From IMG/VR virus record IMGVR_UViG_3300021091_000024: a stretch of 55,045 bases of DNA; one strand, given 5' to 3'. This stretch comes from an uncultured virus (IMG/VR IMGVR_UViG_3300021091_000024) (lineage: Duplodnaviria; Heunggongvirae; Uroviricota; Caudoviricetes). How positions within the stretch are numbered: the stretch's first letter is position 1; every line of letters starts with the position of its first letter. Below are positions 1-12,000 of the stretch, piece by piece. Under the pieces are notes generated by a model. That model was given only the letters and a program-made list of their open reading frames with translations. It was not told the origin of the DNA and ran no database searches. The translations under genes and the position numbers were made by a program.

Positions 1-535
1 CATAAATATACAGTTGGAAAAACTTTTCGTCCAAGTACTGAGGTTTTGGTGTTTTGCCGGTCTTATAGTCGCTAACGATTATCTGACCAGTTTTCTCGGA
101 CGTAGAATATCTATCTATAAAGCCCTTTATCACTACACCACCAATCAAACCATAAACTTCAAACTCAAGACCGTCTGGTTCAATTTTTTGTGGGTTCTCT
201 ATCTTCCATAGATTCTCTATGCACCACCATGCCTGCCATCTGAACATTTTTAGTTGTTCGGCATTGTGAATATAGGGAGAGACTTGCTGTTTCCACGACA
301 AATCCCACATGTTTTTCGCAATGGTTTTTGCCACCCCTAGAGTTCTATCCTCCGGAGGAAGGCCGTAAAGATTTTCCAGAGCGTCGTGAACAAAGTTTCC
401 CAACATCGCGGCCTCGCCGGGCTCTTCGGGAATTTGGTCAATCTTGCTGAACTTAAATTTAAGTGGGCATTGCCGAAATGTGCCTATAGAGGAAGCAGAA
501 AGGTGTGGTGGTGGTGTTAGTGCAGAATCACTCAT
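1..535 (-). CDS. RecB/Cas4-like PD-(D/E)XK exonuclease (3' end runs off window)
   Basis: Manual translation from ATG at 535: MSDSALTPPPHLSASSIGTFRQCPLKFKF...GNFVHDALENLY...KGFIDR...IVSDYKTGK...FFQLYIY. Shows the LS.S...CP, G..H..LE, G.ID and DYKTG motifs of PDDEXK_1. Overlaps the stop of the Rad52-like gene. Not in the ORF track. Confidence 0.85.
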   Translation of the reverse strand, partial: MSDSALTPPPHLSASSIGTFRQCPLKFKFSKIDQIPEEPGEAAMLGNFVHDALENLYGLPPEDRTLGVAKTIAKNMWDLSWKQQVSPYIHNAEQLKMFRWQAWWCIENLWKIENPQKIEPDGLEFEVYGLIGGVVIKGFIDRYSTSEKTGQIIVSDYKTGKTPKPQYLDEKFFQLYIY

Positions 536-1205
536 CTGATGCGCTCGGGGAATCGAATTTGATTTTGATGATTTCAGCAATCAACTCATCGAGTTCCTCA
601 TGCGTGGCGCTGGTCTTTGTCGGCTTTGGTTTGCCACCACTGAAGCTTTCCCAGTGGGCATTCAGCTTGTTTTTCTGTTCGGAATCTAGGCTCTTTGCAA
701 GTCCCATGAAGTTTTCCCACTTCTGGATTCTCTCGCCTTCTTCTTGCGATACAGGAGAAGTTGAGGCAGCGATTACCTCCTCGACCTCCATCGCATCTTC
801 GGAACGGGCTAGATAGAGGCCAACACCCATGGTCTGAGCGGCCTTCTTGAGGGCATCAGAAACAGCGCCCTTCATCTCGTCGCCAAGGTCAACGATGTCG
901 CCCTGCCTGGTTCGCTTTATCTTCTGACCGCCGTAGCCGTCGCGGTGAACTGCACTTACCGAACCTGACGTATTCGCATGCCAGGTCAATCTGACATGGG
1001 CAACGATGTAGTCGGGGTCAATGGAATCACGTTGACAAGAAACAATTTCGAAAGACCATTGGTCAACGCCGAGAACTTTATTAAGTCTCGCAATCACTTC
1101 ACTAACAGGAATATATGTAAGTGAAGCACCCCCCTTTTTCAATATGCGCTCCATTTCTGGGGGGAATGGCTCAGAGAGCATTTGCATGATGTTTGCGCTT
1201 GTCAT
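528..1205 (-). CDS. Rad52/Rad22-family (Sak-like) single-strand annealing protein
   Basis: LTYIPVSEVIARLNKVLGVDQWSFEI and KGAVSDALKKAAQTMGVGLYL match the Rad52 core. Adjacent to the exonuclease, forming a recombination pair. Confidence 0.88.
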   Translation of the reverse strand: MTSANIMQMLSEPFPPEMERILKKGGASLTYIPVSEVIARLNKVLGVDQWSFEIVSCQRDSIDPDYIVAHVRLTWHANTSGSVSAVHRDGYGGQKIKRTRQGDIVDLGDEMKGAVSDALKKAAQTMGVGLYLARSEDAMEVEEVIAASTSPVSQEEGERIQKWENFMGLAKSLDSEQKNKLNAHWESFSGGKPKPTKTSATHEELDELIAEIIKIKFDSPSASDE

Positions 1206-1699
1206 TGGTTATCTCCTTTTCTGACGATGATGCTTGTTTTAAGCTGCCCCGTCTCGCAGTACATATCGGGATTGATTCCAATATTGTTGAGTTCTTTGAC
1301 CCGCCAGTAGGAGGGTGCACAGTATGTAAAAATTTGCATTGCAATGTCTTCGGGGGAATTTAGAATTTCCCCCGTATCCATGTCAACCGACATTTGGGAA
1401 AGCCTGTCAACAACGGCACGAGCAAGGTCTTTGTGTTGCCATGCCTTACGCTCGTACGAACTCTTCTTCTCAATGAGGGCGTTACCATCAAGTGTGACTA
1501 CAGACTCCCCGGCCATCATCTCTCCAAACTTTGCCGAAAATGAGTCGTAGATAATGGAGAGGTCTCTCTTAATGAGGTTAAGAGCAAGCAGGGTATTCCC
1601 CACTTCGACAACATCTCCGGACGACTCCAGCAGTTTGGTGAGGTCGGAATCTAGGGATAAAATAAGTTCCTTGATTTCGTCAATCTTTTCCATAGACAA
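1202..1699 (-). CDS. hypothetical phage protein
   Basis: 165-aa ORF, translationally coupled (ATGA overlap) to the Rad52-like gene. Confidence 0.7.
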   Translation of the reverse strand: MSMEKIDEIKELILSLDSDLTKLLESSGDVVEVGNTLLALNLIKRDLSIIYDSFSAKFGEMMAGESVVTLDGNALIEKKSSYERKAWQHKDLARAVVDRLSQMSVDMDTGEILNSPEDIAMQIFTYCAPSYWRVKELNNIGINPDMYCETGQLKTSIIVRKGDNQ

Positions 1700-1757
1700 C
1701 GTTTAGTAGCGCTTTCTTGTAGGTAGGTGGGTAGGTATTGCCGGCGATAATTCCGAC

Positions 1758-3086
1758 CTAGAGGACTATAGCAATCCTTCTTTTAGATGGCAACCCCAAT
1801 TCGGCAAGATGTGTAAAAGCCCCCACGGCGGAGTCAACCTGGTCATCATGGTCACAGGCCTCCGGGAAAGAGGAAAGCTCGTCCATCCAGGCGGTAAGCC
1901 ACGGCCCCCTGATAATTCTCACGTTCCCATTGGCGACGGCTGCGGCAAATGGCCTAGCCCTGGTTACCTTGTCCCCAGTGGCCCTAGCCCCCATAAAGTC
2001 ATAGCCAGGAAGCACATATCTGGCATATTGGTCCAGGAGGGCCTTCCCGGAGGAGCCCGGCTCCTGTTCCATTCTAATTGGGACACTTGGGCCGTCCTCA
2101 TAGGCGGTCTGGGCTATCAATTGCTCGACTTTTTCGCCCCTCAGGCGCCCCCGCTTGATGTCCAAAATATAGACAATTCCGTCGGAAAACATCATCAAAG
2201 TCCCAACCGTCCAGTCGGGGTCAGGGTTTGAGTGACTCGGCTCGGTGGCTGCAAGGTCCCAAAATCGCACAATTCTTGCATTTGGGTCATTTTTGGGCAC
2301 ATCCGCCATGTCTATAATTTCCACAGATTCCCGCTCAAAAAGGGTTCCAAGGGTGGTGCTCCACCAGTCTCCCTCCTCAAGTCTGCGCCTTTCGATGGGG
2401 TCAAGGGCGGAAAGTGCCTGACGGTAGGAAACGGCGTCAATTCCTGGGTTATCAGCAAGCTTGCTGGGTACAAATATTCTGCCATCCTCCATTCCCTCGA
2501 CAATAAAACGCTGCCTAACCCAGTTGGGGGCAGGGTTTGAGGCGCACCTCATCCTAAGGGGCACCTGAGAAAGTGGTCCACTAGCAGGGCGACGAAGGCG
2601 GGAAAACATGTATCTATAGTCTGCTTCACGGATTTCCGTTACTTCGTCCATGCCTATGAATTGGAATTCTGAACCCTTGTATCTCAGGTAGTCGTTTTGA
2701 TTGTTTAGGTAACCAAAGGAAATTCTTGCCCCCGATGGAAACGTGCCAACAAAGCTGTTGTTATTCCAGTGGACACCGTCGTAAAGATTTATCCAGCTTT
2801 TAAATCTGTCCATTAGGGCGCCGGGGAGAGATAGGTCGGCAAATGTACGCCTAAATAATATTGCAGAATAATTCGGTATGTCTACATATTGAAGTGCCGA
2901 CATCAATAGCGCCGACGACTTACCGCCCCCGGCCGCCCCACCGAATAGTGCTTCGATAGCATTGGTGCGGAGAAAAACCTTCTGCGTTGTTGAGGGGTCC
3001 TCGGGGCAGAAGGGGGGGACACGCGGCTGAAGATATTCGAGTATCTTGCTCCACTTTTCTTCCTCTGCACTGCTCATATCTACCAC
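1758..3086 (-). CDS. terL: terminase large subunit
   Basis: Walker A FGGAAGGGKS, Walker B FIGMDEVTE, motif III ASNP; RNase H-like nuclease RFWDLAAT...DWTVG...HDDQVDS. Confidence 0.93.
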   Translation of the reverse strand: MVDMSSAEEEKWSKILEYLQPRVPPFCPEDPSTTQKVFLRTNAIEALFGGAAGGGKSSALLMSALQYVDIPNYSAILFRRTFADLSLPGALMDRFKSWINLYDGVHWNNNSFVGTFPSGARISFGYLNNQNDYLRYKGSEFQFIGMDEVTEIREADYRYMFSRLRRPASGPLSQVPLRMRCASNPAPNWVRQRFIVEGMEDGRIFVPSKLADNPGIDAVSYRQALSALDPIERRRLEEGDWWSTTLGTLFERESVEIIDMADVPKNDPNARIVRFWDLAATEPSHSNPDPDWTVGTLMMFSDGIVYILDIKRGRLRGEKVEQLIAQTAYEDGPSVPIRMEQEPGSSGKALLDQYARYVLPGYDFMGARATGDKVTRARPFAAAVANGNVRIIRGPWLTAWMDELSSFPEACDHDDQVDSAVGAFTHLAELGLPSKRRIAIVL

Positions 3087-3129
3087 GCCTTAATACTGCA
3101 GGCCATCACAATAGGCTAGTGTATAGCAC

Positions 3130-3309
3130 ATGCCAAAACTTATAGAAAAAGTCCGGGCAAAGACGACTCGGGCATTGTTCGCTTATATTTTCATGCTTTC
3201 ATTTATACTATTAACCAGTATTGGCGCTGCGTTAATATACCCTCCTGCCGGCTTACTGGTGGGAGGGACAACGTGTGGTCTTTTTGGCTACCTCCTAGGT
3301 CGTGAGTAG
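3130..3309 (+). CDS. small membrane protein preceding the portal
   Basis: Manual translation: MPKLIEKVRAKTTRALFAYIFMLSFILLTSIGAALIYPPAGLLVGGTTCGLFGYLLGRE (59 aa, two hydrophobic segments). Ends 5 nt before the portal ATG. Confidence 0.7.
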   Translation: MPKLIEKVRAKTTRALFAYIFMLSFILLTSIGAALIYPPAGLLVGGTTCGLFGYLLGRE

Positions 3310-3314
3310 GAAAT

Positions 3315-5417
3315 ATGGCTTGGAATTCTCCGGTAAATAAATCCCTTTCCAATGAGAGTAATAAAGAAATAGGCCCAGGAGCACCAGTAGCCAACAATCC
3401 CGGACTTGCGGGGAGGGCATATAGGGATTCCTGGGACATTGAAAGGGCATACCGAGAAGGGATGCAGAAAGTCACGTGGGTGGCTAGATGTATCGACGCA
3501 ATTGCCGGGAACCAGGCAAGACTCCCAATAATCCTCAGAAAAGATAACTCTCCAGATGGCGAGATTCTTTCAAAAAGGGCTTCTCAAAACTCCGAGTTAA
3601 TGGAGATTCTCAATACAAAATCGAACATCGGAGAAAACGCCTTCATCTTCAGATACAGACTTTCGGCACAGATACTTCTTGGAACTCGCGGTGCATTTGT
3701 GGAGAAGGTGCGAGGAAGGGACGGCGGGATAGTTGGACTGAACCTTCTTCCCGCACAGTCAACGGCGCCAATACCAGATGCAAAAAAGTTTGTTTCTGGT
3801 TATGAGGTGACAATGCCGTATGGACAAAAAGTCATACTGAAAAAAGAGGACGTAACCTGGATTAGAAGGCCTCATCCACTCGACCCATACCTGTCCTTAA
3901 CTCCCCTTGAATCAGCTGGCGTTGCTATAGAGATAGAAAATCTAGCGAAGCTCTACAACAGAAACTATCTCCTGAACGACGGCAGACCTGGCGGGCTGCT
4001 TGTTCTCCGTGGGGAAATAGATGATGACGACAAAGAAGAGCTGCGCAGCAGATTCAGGGGGAACCTATCGCGTGTTGGATATACATCCGTTATCTCTTCT
4101 GATGATGGCGTTGATTATGTAGACACATCCGCAAATCCAAGAGACGCTGCCTACATACAGATGAGGCAGTTAACTAAGGAGGAAATTCTTGCATCATTCG
4201 GAGTTCCAGAGTCTGTTATTGGAAACGCTTCCGGTAGAACGTTTAGCAATGCTTCGGAAGAGATTCGTGTCTTTTGGATGGAGACGATGCTTCCCCATTT
4301 GGAGATTCTTTCACGGGGTCTAGACGAACTAGACGATAAGAACTACGTCGATTTCGACACAAGCGAAGTTCCAATCCTGATGCTCTACAAGCAGGAAAGA
4401 CATCGCTATTTGATGGATGAATTCCAAAACGGCCTAATCAGCAACAACGAGTACAGAATTCTTTCCGGAAGAAAAGAAACAGAGTCAGACCTTGCTGATT
4501 CGCTATTGCTCAATCCAAACCTGATTCCGATTGCCAATACTAAGAAGAAAATGGAGGATAAAGCTTCCGCGACCGTCCCTGGTGCTCCAGGTATGCCGGG
4601 GATGCCTCCGGGTATGCCGGGGATGCCCCCAGGTATGCCGGGGATGCCTCCGGGTCCAGAGCAGATGGTGCCAGGTGCCGATGGCCAACCACTTGACCCA
4701 AATACTATGGCTGGGGCAATGGCGGAAGTTACGGCGCAGGGTGGCGGGGAGTTGGCACAAGCGCCGATACCGGGTCTACCCACTCCCCCGCAGCCAGAAG
4801 CAATGCCAGCAGGAATGTCAACGGGAATGGCACCAGTTCCATCGGGAGCAGCCTCAATCGATAATGCGGATATTCAGACCAAATCAGAGCAAGAAGTTGA
4901 GGTGCAGAGATGGGAAGAGATTCTCTATCGGAGCATAGAGAGGGTTCTTGAAAGACAGCAGCGCGTTGTTCTCGAGAAGTCGAGCGGTGCAAAGGCCAAA
5001 AAAGCACTTGTGGCCGGAACTATCGATATTCCATCAATACTTCACTCCGAGACATGGGATAGACAATTTGAGGACGACATCAAGCCGGTCATAACAGCAA
5101 TAATCAAGGAATCTCAGGCAGCATCGGGTGTGAAGATTTCTAGGAAATCCTCCAAAAATCATTTAATTGAATCTGATGTTTCTGTTCAGGTTGAGTCTCA
5201 GATGGAGAGAATCAAGTCGATTAACTCCGAAATGACATCAGAAATAACAAATATCATGCTTGCCTCTCTTTCAGTTATCGGTGAAGAGCAGAGAGTGAGC
5301 ACATTTAGGTCGAATATCGTCTCGCTGTACACCAATTTGCTTGGGAAAAGACTCCCAGAGATTGCCGAGGACGAAACTCGTAGGGCCTGGCTATTCGGCC
5401 AACACTTAACTAGATAA
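3315..5417 (+). CDS. HK97-family portal protein with Pro/Met/Gly-rich linker and C-terminal extension
   Basis: WVARCIDAIAGNQARLP, LSLTPLESA, NGRPGG-like LNDGRPGGLL, EEILASFGVPESVIG, TFSNASEE, GLISNNEYR. Lies directly upstream of the prohead protease. Confidence 0.92.
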   Translation: MAWNSPVNKSLSNESNKEIGPGAPVANNPGLAGRAYRDSWDIERAYREGMQKVTWVARCIDAIAGNQARLPIILRKDNSPDGEILSKRASQNSELMEILNTKSNIGENAFIFRYRLSAQILLGTRGAFVEKVRGRDGGIVGLNLLPAQSTAPIPDAKKFVSGYEVTMPYGQKVILKKEDVTWIRRPHPLDPYLSLTPLESAGVAIEIENLAKLYNRNYLLNDGRPGGLLVLRGEIDDDDKEELRSRFRGNLSRVGYTSVISSDDGVDYVDTSANPRDAAYIQMRQLTKEEILASFGVPESVIGNASGRTFSNASEEIRVFWMETMLPHLEILSRGLDELDDKNYVDFDTSEVPILMLYKQERHRYLMDEFQNGLISNNEYRILSGRKETESDLADSLLLNPNLIPIANTKKKMEDKASATVPGAPGMPGMPPGMPGMPPGMPGMPPGPEQMVPGADGQPLDPNTMAGAMAEVTAQGGGELAQAPIPGLPTPPQPEAMPAGMSTGMAPVPSGAASIDNADIQTKSEQEVEVQRWEEILYRSIERVLERQQRVVLEKSSGAKAKKALVAGTIDIPSILHSETWDRQFEDDIKPVITAIIKESQAASGVKISRKSSKNHLIESDVSVQVESQMERIKSINSEMTSEITNIMLASLSVIGEEQRVSTFRSNIVSLYTNLLGKRLPEIAEDETRRAWLFGQHLTR
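4587..4655 (+). repeat. 21-nt tandem repeat (x3+) encoding PGMPGMP in the portal linker
   Basis: cc(a/g)ggtatgccggggatgcc(t/c) repeated three times. Confidence 0.9.
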
Positions 5418-5442
5418 TTTTTAGTAAATAGTTTACTAAAAA
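5418..5442. promoter_or_regulatory. perfect 11-bp inverted repeat upstream of the giant protease gene (operator-like or terminator)
   Basis: tttttagtaaa-tag-tttactaaaaa. Confidence 0.45.
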
Positions 5443-5517
5443 CACTGCAAAAACACCGAAACTTTCAATGAGCACGAGCTTTCGTCGTTTATTATCTTTC
5501 TTTGACAAAGGAGTCTC

Positions 5518-6040
5518 ATGTCAAAATCCTTCGTGAATCCTGAAATTCAGTACAAAGCTGCCACTCAGGGTGCAATAAACCTAGACGAAGCCAGGGGCAT
5601 AGTCGAGTGTTTCGTGGCAGGAATTGGCAACAAGGACTCCGTTGGCGATGTTTGCGCCCCTGGGGCATTCGCCAAAAGCCTATTGCGCCGGAAACCAAGA
5701 GTTGTGTGGGGCCATAACTGGAACGACCCAATCGGCAAGGTTCTAGAAATTTACGAAGTTCCAGCAAACGACCCAAGACTTCCGAGCAAGATGAGAGCAG
5801 CGGGTATTGGTGGGCTCTACGCAAAAGTTCAATTCAACCTAATGTCAGAAAAAGGCAAGGAAGCATTTGCGAGTGTTGCATTCTTTGGCGAAGAGCAGGA
5901 ATGGTCAATTGGGTATAAGACAATCAACGCAAAATTTGACCAGCAGATGCAGGCGAATGTTCTATTTGAGGTAGAGCTTTACGAGGTGAGCCCTGTTCTT
6001 CACGGTGCAAATCAATTGACTGGAACAATATCTGTTAAGT
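5518..6040 (+). other. domain: HK97-type prohead protease (peptidase S78)
   Basis: GNKDSVGDVCAPGAFAKSL, VVWGHNWNDPIG (His), WSIGY (Ser), LYEVSPVLHGAN. Confidence 0.9.
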
Positions 6041-9000
6041 CGGATGAAAATAATGCCACCGCAGTGATGGAAAGGGCTGTTAGTTCCATCGCGAATGCCG
6101 ATAGTGAAAATTCTCCGGAACTAAAAGAGGTTCTATACGCACTCAGAAATATTGCTTCCATGATTTCCGATAACGAGAAGCATGAGTATGGAATGCCCTC
6201 AGTAATGCCTTCAGCAAATAGACAACCTATTCCATCAATGCCAAGCCCTGCTCCGTCCACGGCGCCGAGGTCAGTAGTCAAGCCAACAAGACCATCTATC
6301 CCTGAAAACCCCATGGTAGTTGCTCTTCGCCGTGAGCTGGTCGCAAGAACTGGGTCGAACATAATTGTCCGCTCTGCTGGAGACAATGTTGTTGTATTTG
6401 ACCGAATTATGAGCGACGGTTCGTCTTGCACGTACAGACTTGCGTATCACTATGCAGATGGTGAATTCATGTTTGGTAAGCCAGAGAAGGTCAACGCGCA
6501 GACCGTTTACACTCCCGAGACTCCTGGGGCACCAGGAGATGCATACTGGGGAGACGATTACTCAGAAACACCAAAGTCATTGCAATCTGGTGATTTTTGG
6601 AGTGCCGGTTTTTATAGCGAGCTGACCTCGCAGCCAGACACAAGCAATGCCCTCATGGAGGTGATAGAGAGTCTTCAACATCTAATCAATGAAAAATCGG
6701 AATACGTAATACCAGTAGAGCCGGCAGAGGCTTTTGAGTTAAGGCAAATGATTGACCCAGTTCTCGAGTATTACAACGCTGACGCCAGAGTAACCGAGGA
6801 GGGGATTGTAGTTAAGTCAGCACACAATCCAGAGCTAATTGAAGCTCTTGATGTCGCGACTAAGTCCGTGCTGGGAAAAATCCGAAGGGGCATTGGCGCT
6901 GGAAGGCGTCTTGATGCTCCAAACATTGGTGGCGGTAAAGGTCGTAGCAGAGCAGCGCGAGCAATTGGCGCAGCAACTGGCGGTGTAGCTGGAAATCTAG
7001 ACCCTTCAAAAATATCTCTCAACGACCCGGACGGAGACGGGTGGGCCAGAGAGGGTTCAAGAAATCCTGTTTGGGTTGGGTTTAAAAAAGCAGTAGAAAA
7101 AATTGCGGGCAGCGTTGGCCGGAAGAAGAAGCCATCAAAAGACAAGCAAAGGGCCCGCTCTGCTGTTAATGCAGATAAACCCGGTCCGCCGAGAGTAAGG
7201 TCCGGAGCGCCGTGGGATGCTCCATTAACTCCTGCTCCGCCTCGTCCTAGCAGAGTGACGCTTACAGATGATGCTGGAGCAAGACTAAGAGAACTCGGCA
7301 AAGAAAGAGCCAGAGAGCTTGGCTTTGACAGAAACATTGACCCCGTCCTTCCAAGACCGCGCAAGAAACTTACAAACCAAGTATCCGCTGCCCCACGCCC
7401 TGGAGAGGGCAGAAGTAGGGCATCGGGCGAATCAATTGCGAATGCAATACGTCGCTCAAAGAGCGCACCAAACCCTGTCCTTGGCCAGGAAATGGCAAAT
7501 GATGTAGCTAAGTTCGGCTACCCGGAAGAGATGTCAACGGATGACCTAGTGAGAACGGTCGGCAAATTTAGAGGAGAAATAGCCAAGGCTAGAGAGAATC
7601 TAGAAAAGATTCAGGCAGATAGAGACTCTGGCAAAAAAGTATCTTCTTCAGAAATCGGAAAAGCTAGACAAAGTGTCGACTCCCTCCGTCAGAGAGCGTC
7701 TGTTTACTCATCCGAAATATCAAAGCGCGACAAAATAAAAGGTTCCGACAGATTCTCTTCAGGAAAAGCCATTACCCCAGAAGACAGACGCAAAAGAAGA
7801 CATGCTCCGCTGGGTACAACTGGAGAATTTGACCTTCCAGACGAAGTTGCCACAAGAAATAAGCACGAAGAGTTTGTAGCAGAATTTAGAAAAAACAACG
7901 GATTTTGGCTGGATATCCCAAGAGAGGGAACCGTCGCTTCAATGAATACGTCGGAGGAGTGGCAGAGGGCTAGAGAAATAGCAACAAACGTCGGGATTCT
8001 TGAGTGGCAGGAAAATGAAAGAAATAGAAGGCCGAAGGGTTTTAGCGAAAAAGCGCGTTCGTCCATGGACTACCTAACATGGTTCGGTGGATATACAAAG
8101 CGCCTTGGTGACTATCTCGATAGGGAAGAGTCCAGTGAAAATGTAACCGATGACGAACTTGCTGGTGCAAGGGCGGCAGTACTAGATGCATTGGCATTCA
8201 GAATGGCAACGCCAACTGGTCCAGAAAGCCAAAATACGCTTGCGGCAATGCTCGCAGACGCCGGATTCGGTCCAAATGGAAAACACGAAAAAGCATTCGG
8301 TGGGCGCAAGAAATCCAGCGTTGTTGGATTCTCTTCTGGTCGCGGAAACAGAGTAGACACTCGAGTGCTAGACCAACTTATGAACGATGGTAAAGAGGTC
8401 AGCGACGATGACGTGAAGGCAATACTTATGCCTAACGCCGGCATATTGATGCATCCAGAATATAACGACAGAACCGGCGAGGTATCTCTTGGCTGGAAGA
8501 ACGTCCTAGAATCCTCATTAGAGGACAGGAGTTTCAATAGGGGTTCCCAGAGGGCGATGATTCGCCTTGACGATGAGGGTTATCAAAAATTTACAGAGGC
8601 ACTAGAAGCAGCAAATGGAGAGCTGACCCCATCGGACGGCCTGCCATCTAGCTCAAGAAGCGTAAGGGACAGGGAATACCCATATTCATGGGGCAAGTCT
8701 CGAATGGGGGCTTTTTCATCTGGGCGCAAGTATCCACCAGAAATAGAAGACGAGCTTGTATTCGATTCCGAACTGGGCGGCAATAGAGCAGCAGACAGAA
8801 TCAATACCGAAAATGTCGACATGGAGATAGTTCCATCTTCCGATATTGGCCTTGATGGTCCAGATGATGGAGCATGGACTGTTGTCGGCATGTACAGGGG
8901 AGAAGACTATGGCTCCGTCGACTACATCTATGAACTAGATACTTTTGATTCGGTAGAAGAAGCAAGACGCTTCATAGAGACATTTGACAGATTGATAGAT

Positions 9001-12000
9001 GAGGAAATTAGACCTGGCGACCCAGATTTCTTCCTCGATATAGATAACTACAACAAAGACAACAAAATATCCCTGGATGATGACCTTGACTCCGCTATAT
9101 CTAAGGCTGTTCAGTCAAGAAAAGATAGAGAGAACGACCCATACGACTATGGCAGTCTCCTGTCATCAGTTCTTTCCGACAGGTCATTAAACCTTTTTGG
9201 TGATGGAGAATCAAGATTCTCTTCCGGAAGAAACAAAGCAGAAAGACGCCAATCTGTCAAGAGAGTCATGGCAGAAGATATGGCCGATAGAGAGGTCAAT
9301 CTAGGAATACTTTCTCGCCGCATGAAGGGTGAAACCCTGGACGAAGTAGGTAGAGCATACGGAATAGACAGGGGAACAGTCCGCCAAATGGAGATGCGCG
9401 AGATGAAGCGTCTCAGGGATGGAGCAACACCAAGCGAAATACTTGCCTACAGAATGACAGGCCTCACACTCGACGATATGGGCAGAATGCTCGGCATGTC
9501 CCGTGAAGAGGTTAGAAGAATCGAGTCTAGAGAAATAGCACGGATGAGACTCGGCGGTCGCGACGGAAGCGACGCGATATTCGAGGGTCGTAAAGCTGGT
9601 CTAAGCCGCAATTCAATCAAAAAGCTAACTGGCATGTCTATGGATGACATAGCGACTAAGGAAAGAAAAGGATTTGAGAGGGCCGTAACACGAGAAGATG
9701 TCTCTCATCAGATATTTGACAAATACGTAACTAGATTCGGCGAAGACGAACTAACTGATGCGGAACTTGCGGAGGAGCTAGGGGTTAGCGAAAGAATTGT
9801 TTCCGAAGTTCGCGCGGGGGCAAAGAAAGACATACTCGATGCCCGTCGTGGCATGGACGAACACTACAGCAGCCTTCCGGAGCCAACCGACGAAGAGCTT
9901 CAGGAGATGGCAGACTACTATGCAAATGATTTTGCTAGAGAGCAGGGTTTTGGCTCCTATGCGGAGTATAAGGATTATGTTTCCAGTGTCGGCAGGGAAG
10001 ACGATGGAGAGAGGCTGTCTTCTGGAGCAGGTAAGCGCGACCTTACATTTAGTCAAAAAGTTGGTCAAAGAGTATTTGAGGAAGCAGAAAAGATAGCCAA
10101 AGAAGACAATAGGGACATTTTCGACACCCTGGATTCGCTCGTCTTTGATAAGCGCATGGATTCAACGAATCGTAGAAAAGATTTCGATGTAGCAGAGATG
10201 TATTCTCACATTAATTCCCTTCTTTTCCCAGAGGGTGCTAGAGAAAGCAGGAAGCGCAGACTCTGGAGAAGAGAAAGACTCTCCTCTGGCAGAACCGGTA
10301 GAGGTCGGAAGAATCGGCGACAGGGCAAATCAAATCAGGGAGCATGGTCAGAAGAGGACCTTCAGAGATTCCGCGATAGAAATGTTCTACGCGCCAAAAC
10401 TCGTCCCGGAAAGCGCAAGGATGGCCCATCAGCGGAAGAATTCTCTTCTGGACGCAAGAGAATAGATACGGCCGGTAGTTCAGCGCTGACTGGAGCATTC
10501 TACGATGCCGACAACAAAAGGCTTGTTGTCGGATTCAACAAGGGTGGGGTATATGCCTATGACGGCGTAACCCCAGAAGACATAGAAGAGATGCACAATG
10601 CCGAAAGCAAAGGTGCAGCTATGGCTTCTATCAAGAAGAAGTACAAAGGCGTAAGACTTTCAGAAGCGGACGACAGCTTTAAGGCCACCAAACAGGGTGA
10701 CGAATGGGTTGTAAATCCAGATAACGAAACGACTTACTCAATATCCGAAGACGGTGGAGAGTTCTTTGTTCTGAGAACTTCTGGAAGCTACGCACGCGAT
10801 GGCGGCCAGTCTGGAGATGAGTACTACCATCCAGAGTCGTTTAAGAATATGGACTCCGCGATGAAGTGGGTCGAGCAGGACTTCCTGCCATCAATAACTC
10901 CAGAACCGTGGGACGAAGATGACTACGATGTAGACAGGCTTTCATCTGGTGGGCCAGCTCGCGCCGCAGCCCAGATGCAATTTGATACTCGTAGAAGTAG
11001 AAAAGCGACAGAAATGACATACGACCCGCAAGACGGTCGTGTTGGAATAACTTATAACGATGGAAAGCAGAGATTCTTCTCCGAGGTGCCTTACGAGGTT
11101 GCTAGGGCGGCAGGCAATCCATCAAAAGATATAGACAACTTCATTGATGACCTAGAGCGCGGGAAAGTGGGCAAGGAGGGCGGAAGATTTAGTTCCGGTG
11201 CAAGCTCGGTGCCTCGCACTGACTTTGATTACTCCTATCAGAAGTTCCCACCGACAGAAGAGCAGGCAGTCATTGCGGATGCGGTGGCGACTGGCGAGAA
11301 CGTAATTGTAAGAGCATTCGCCGGCACTGGCAAAACTTCTACTCTTGTAATGATTGCTGAGAGACTGAAGCGTCAGGACCCAAAGAAGAAAATCGTCTAC
11401 ATGGCGTTCAACAAGGACATCCAGCTTGAGGCTGAGGGAAAGTTCCCTGGCAATACAGAGTCACGAACAGGCGACTCCATATCGTGGAACTGGGTCAAGC
11501 AGACAATGGGCGAAGCCTTCACGGACAGAATGAAGGGCAACCCACCAGAAAGAGTGAAGTCAAAGGGAACAAGAAACAAGGATATATCTATTCATTTCAA
11601 GATTAAACAAATGGAGCATCCGGACGGGCTAAAAGATGAGAAAACCGGAAACCCCATAGTCCTTGATGCTGTTGATGTTACAAAGCTTGTAAGAGAAGCG
11701 GTTAAAGAATTCCTTATTTCGGAAGACGATGAGATAGGCACACAGCACTTTAAGAAAATACAGAATGTTCCACCAGCTCTTTTGGGACATGCCAAAGCTA
11801 TATGGGATGACATGAACGACCCTGATGGCGTGATGAAATTGGATAACTCCGTATTCACCAAGATGTGGGCACTATCTAGGCCTCAGCTCAGTGACGGTGT
11901 CGGTCTATTCAAAGGAAAGCCATCAGTAATATTCTTTGACGAAGCTCAGGACATAAACCCAGTAATGGCAAAAGTCATGCGGGAACAGAACATCCAAGTT

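Noticed and set aside
1..535. Cas4 as evidence of a CRISPR-Cas locus
   Set aside because: No repeats or other cas genes. Adjacency to a Rad52-like gene indicates a recombination exonuclease.
1719..1737. CCACCTAC-like motif upstream of minus-strand genes (also ~46426)
   Set aside because: Only two short, low-complexity instances, too few to call a regulatory element.
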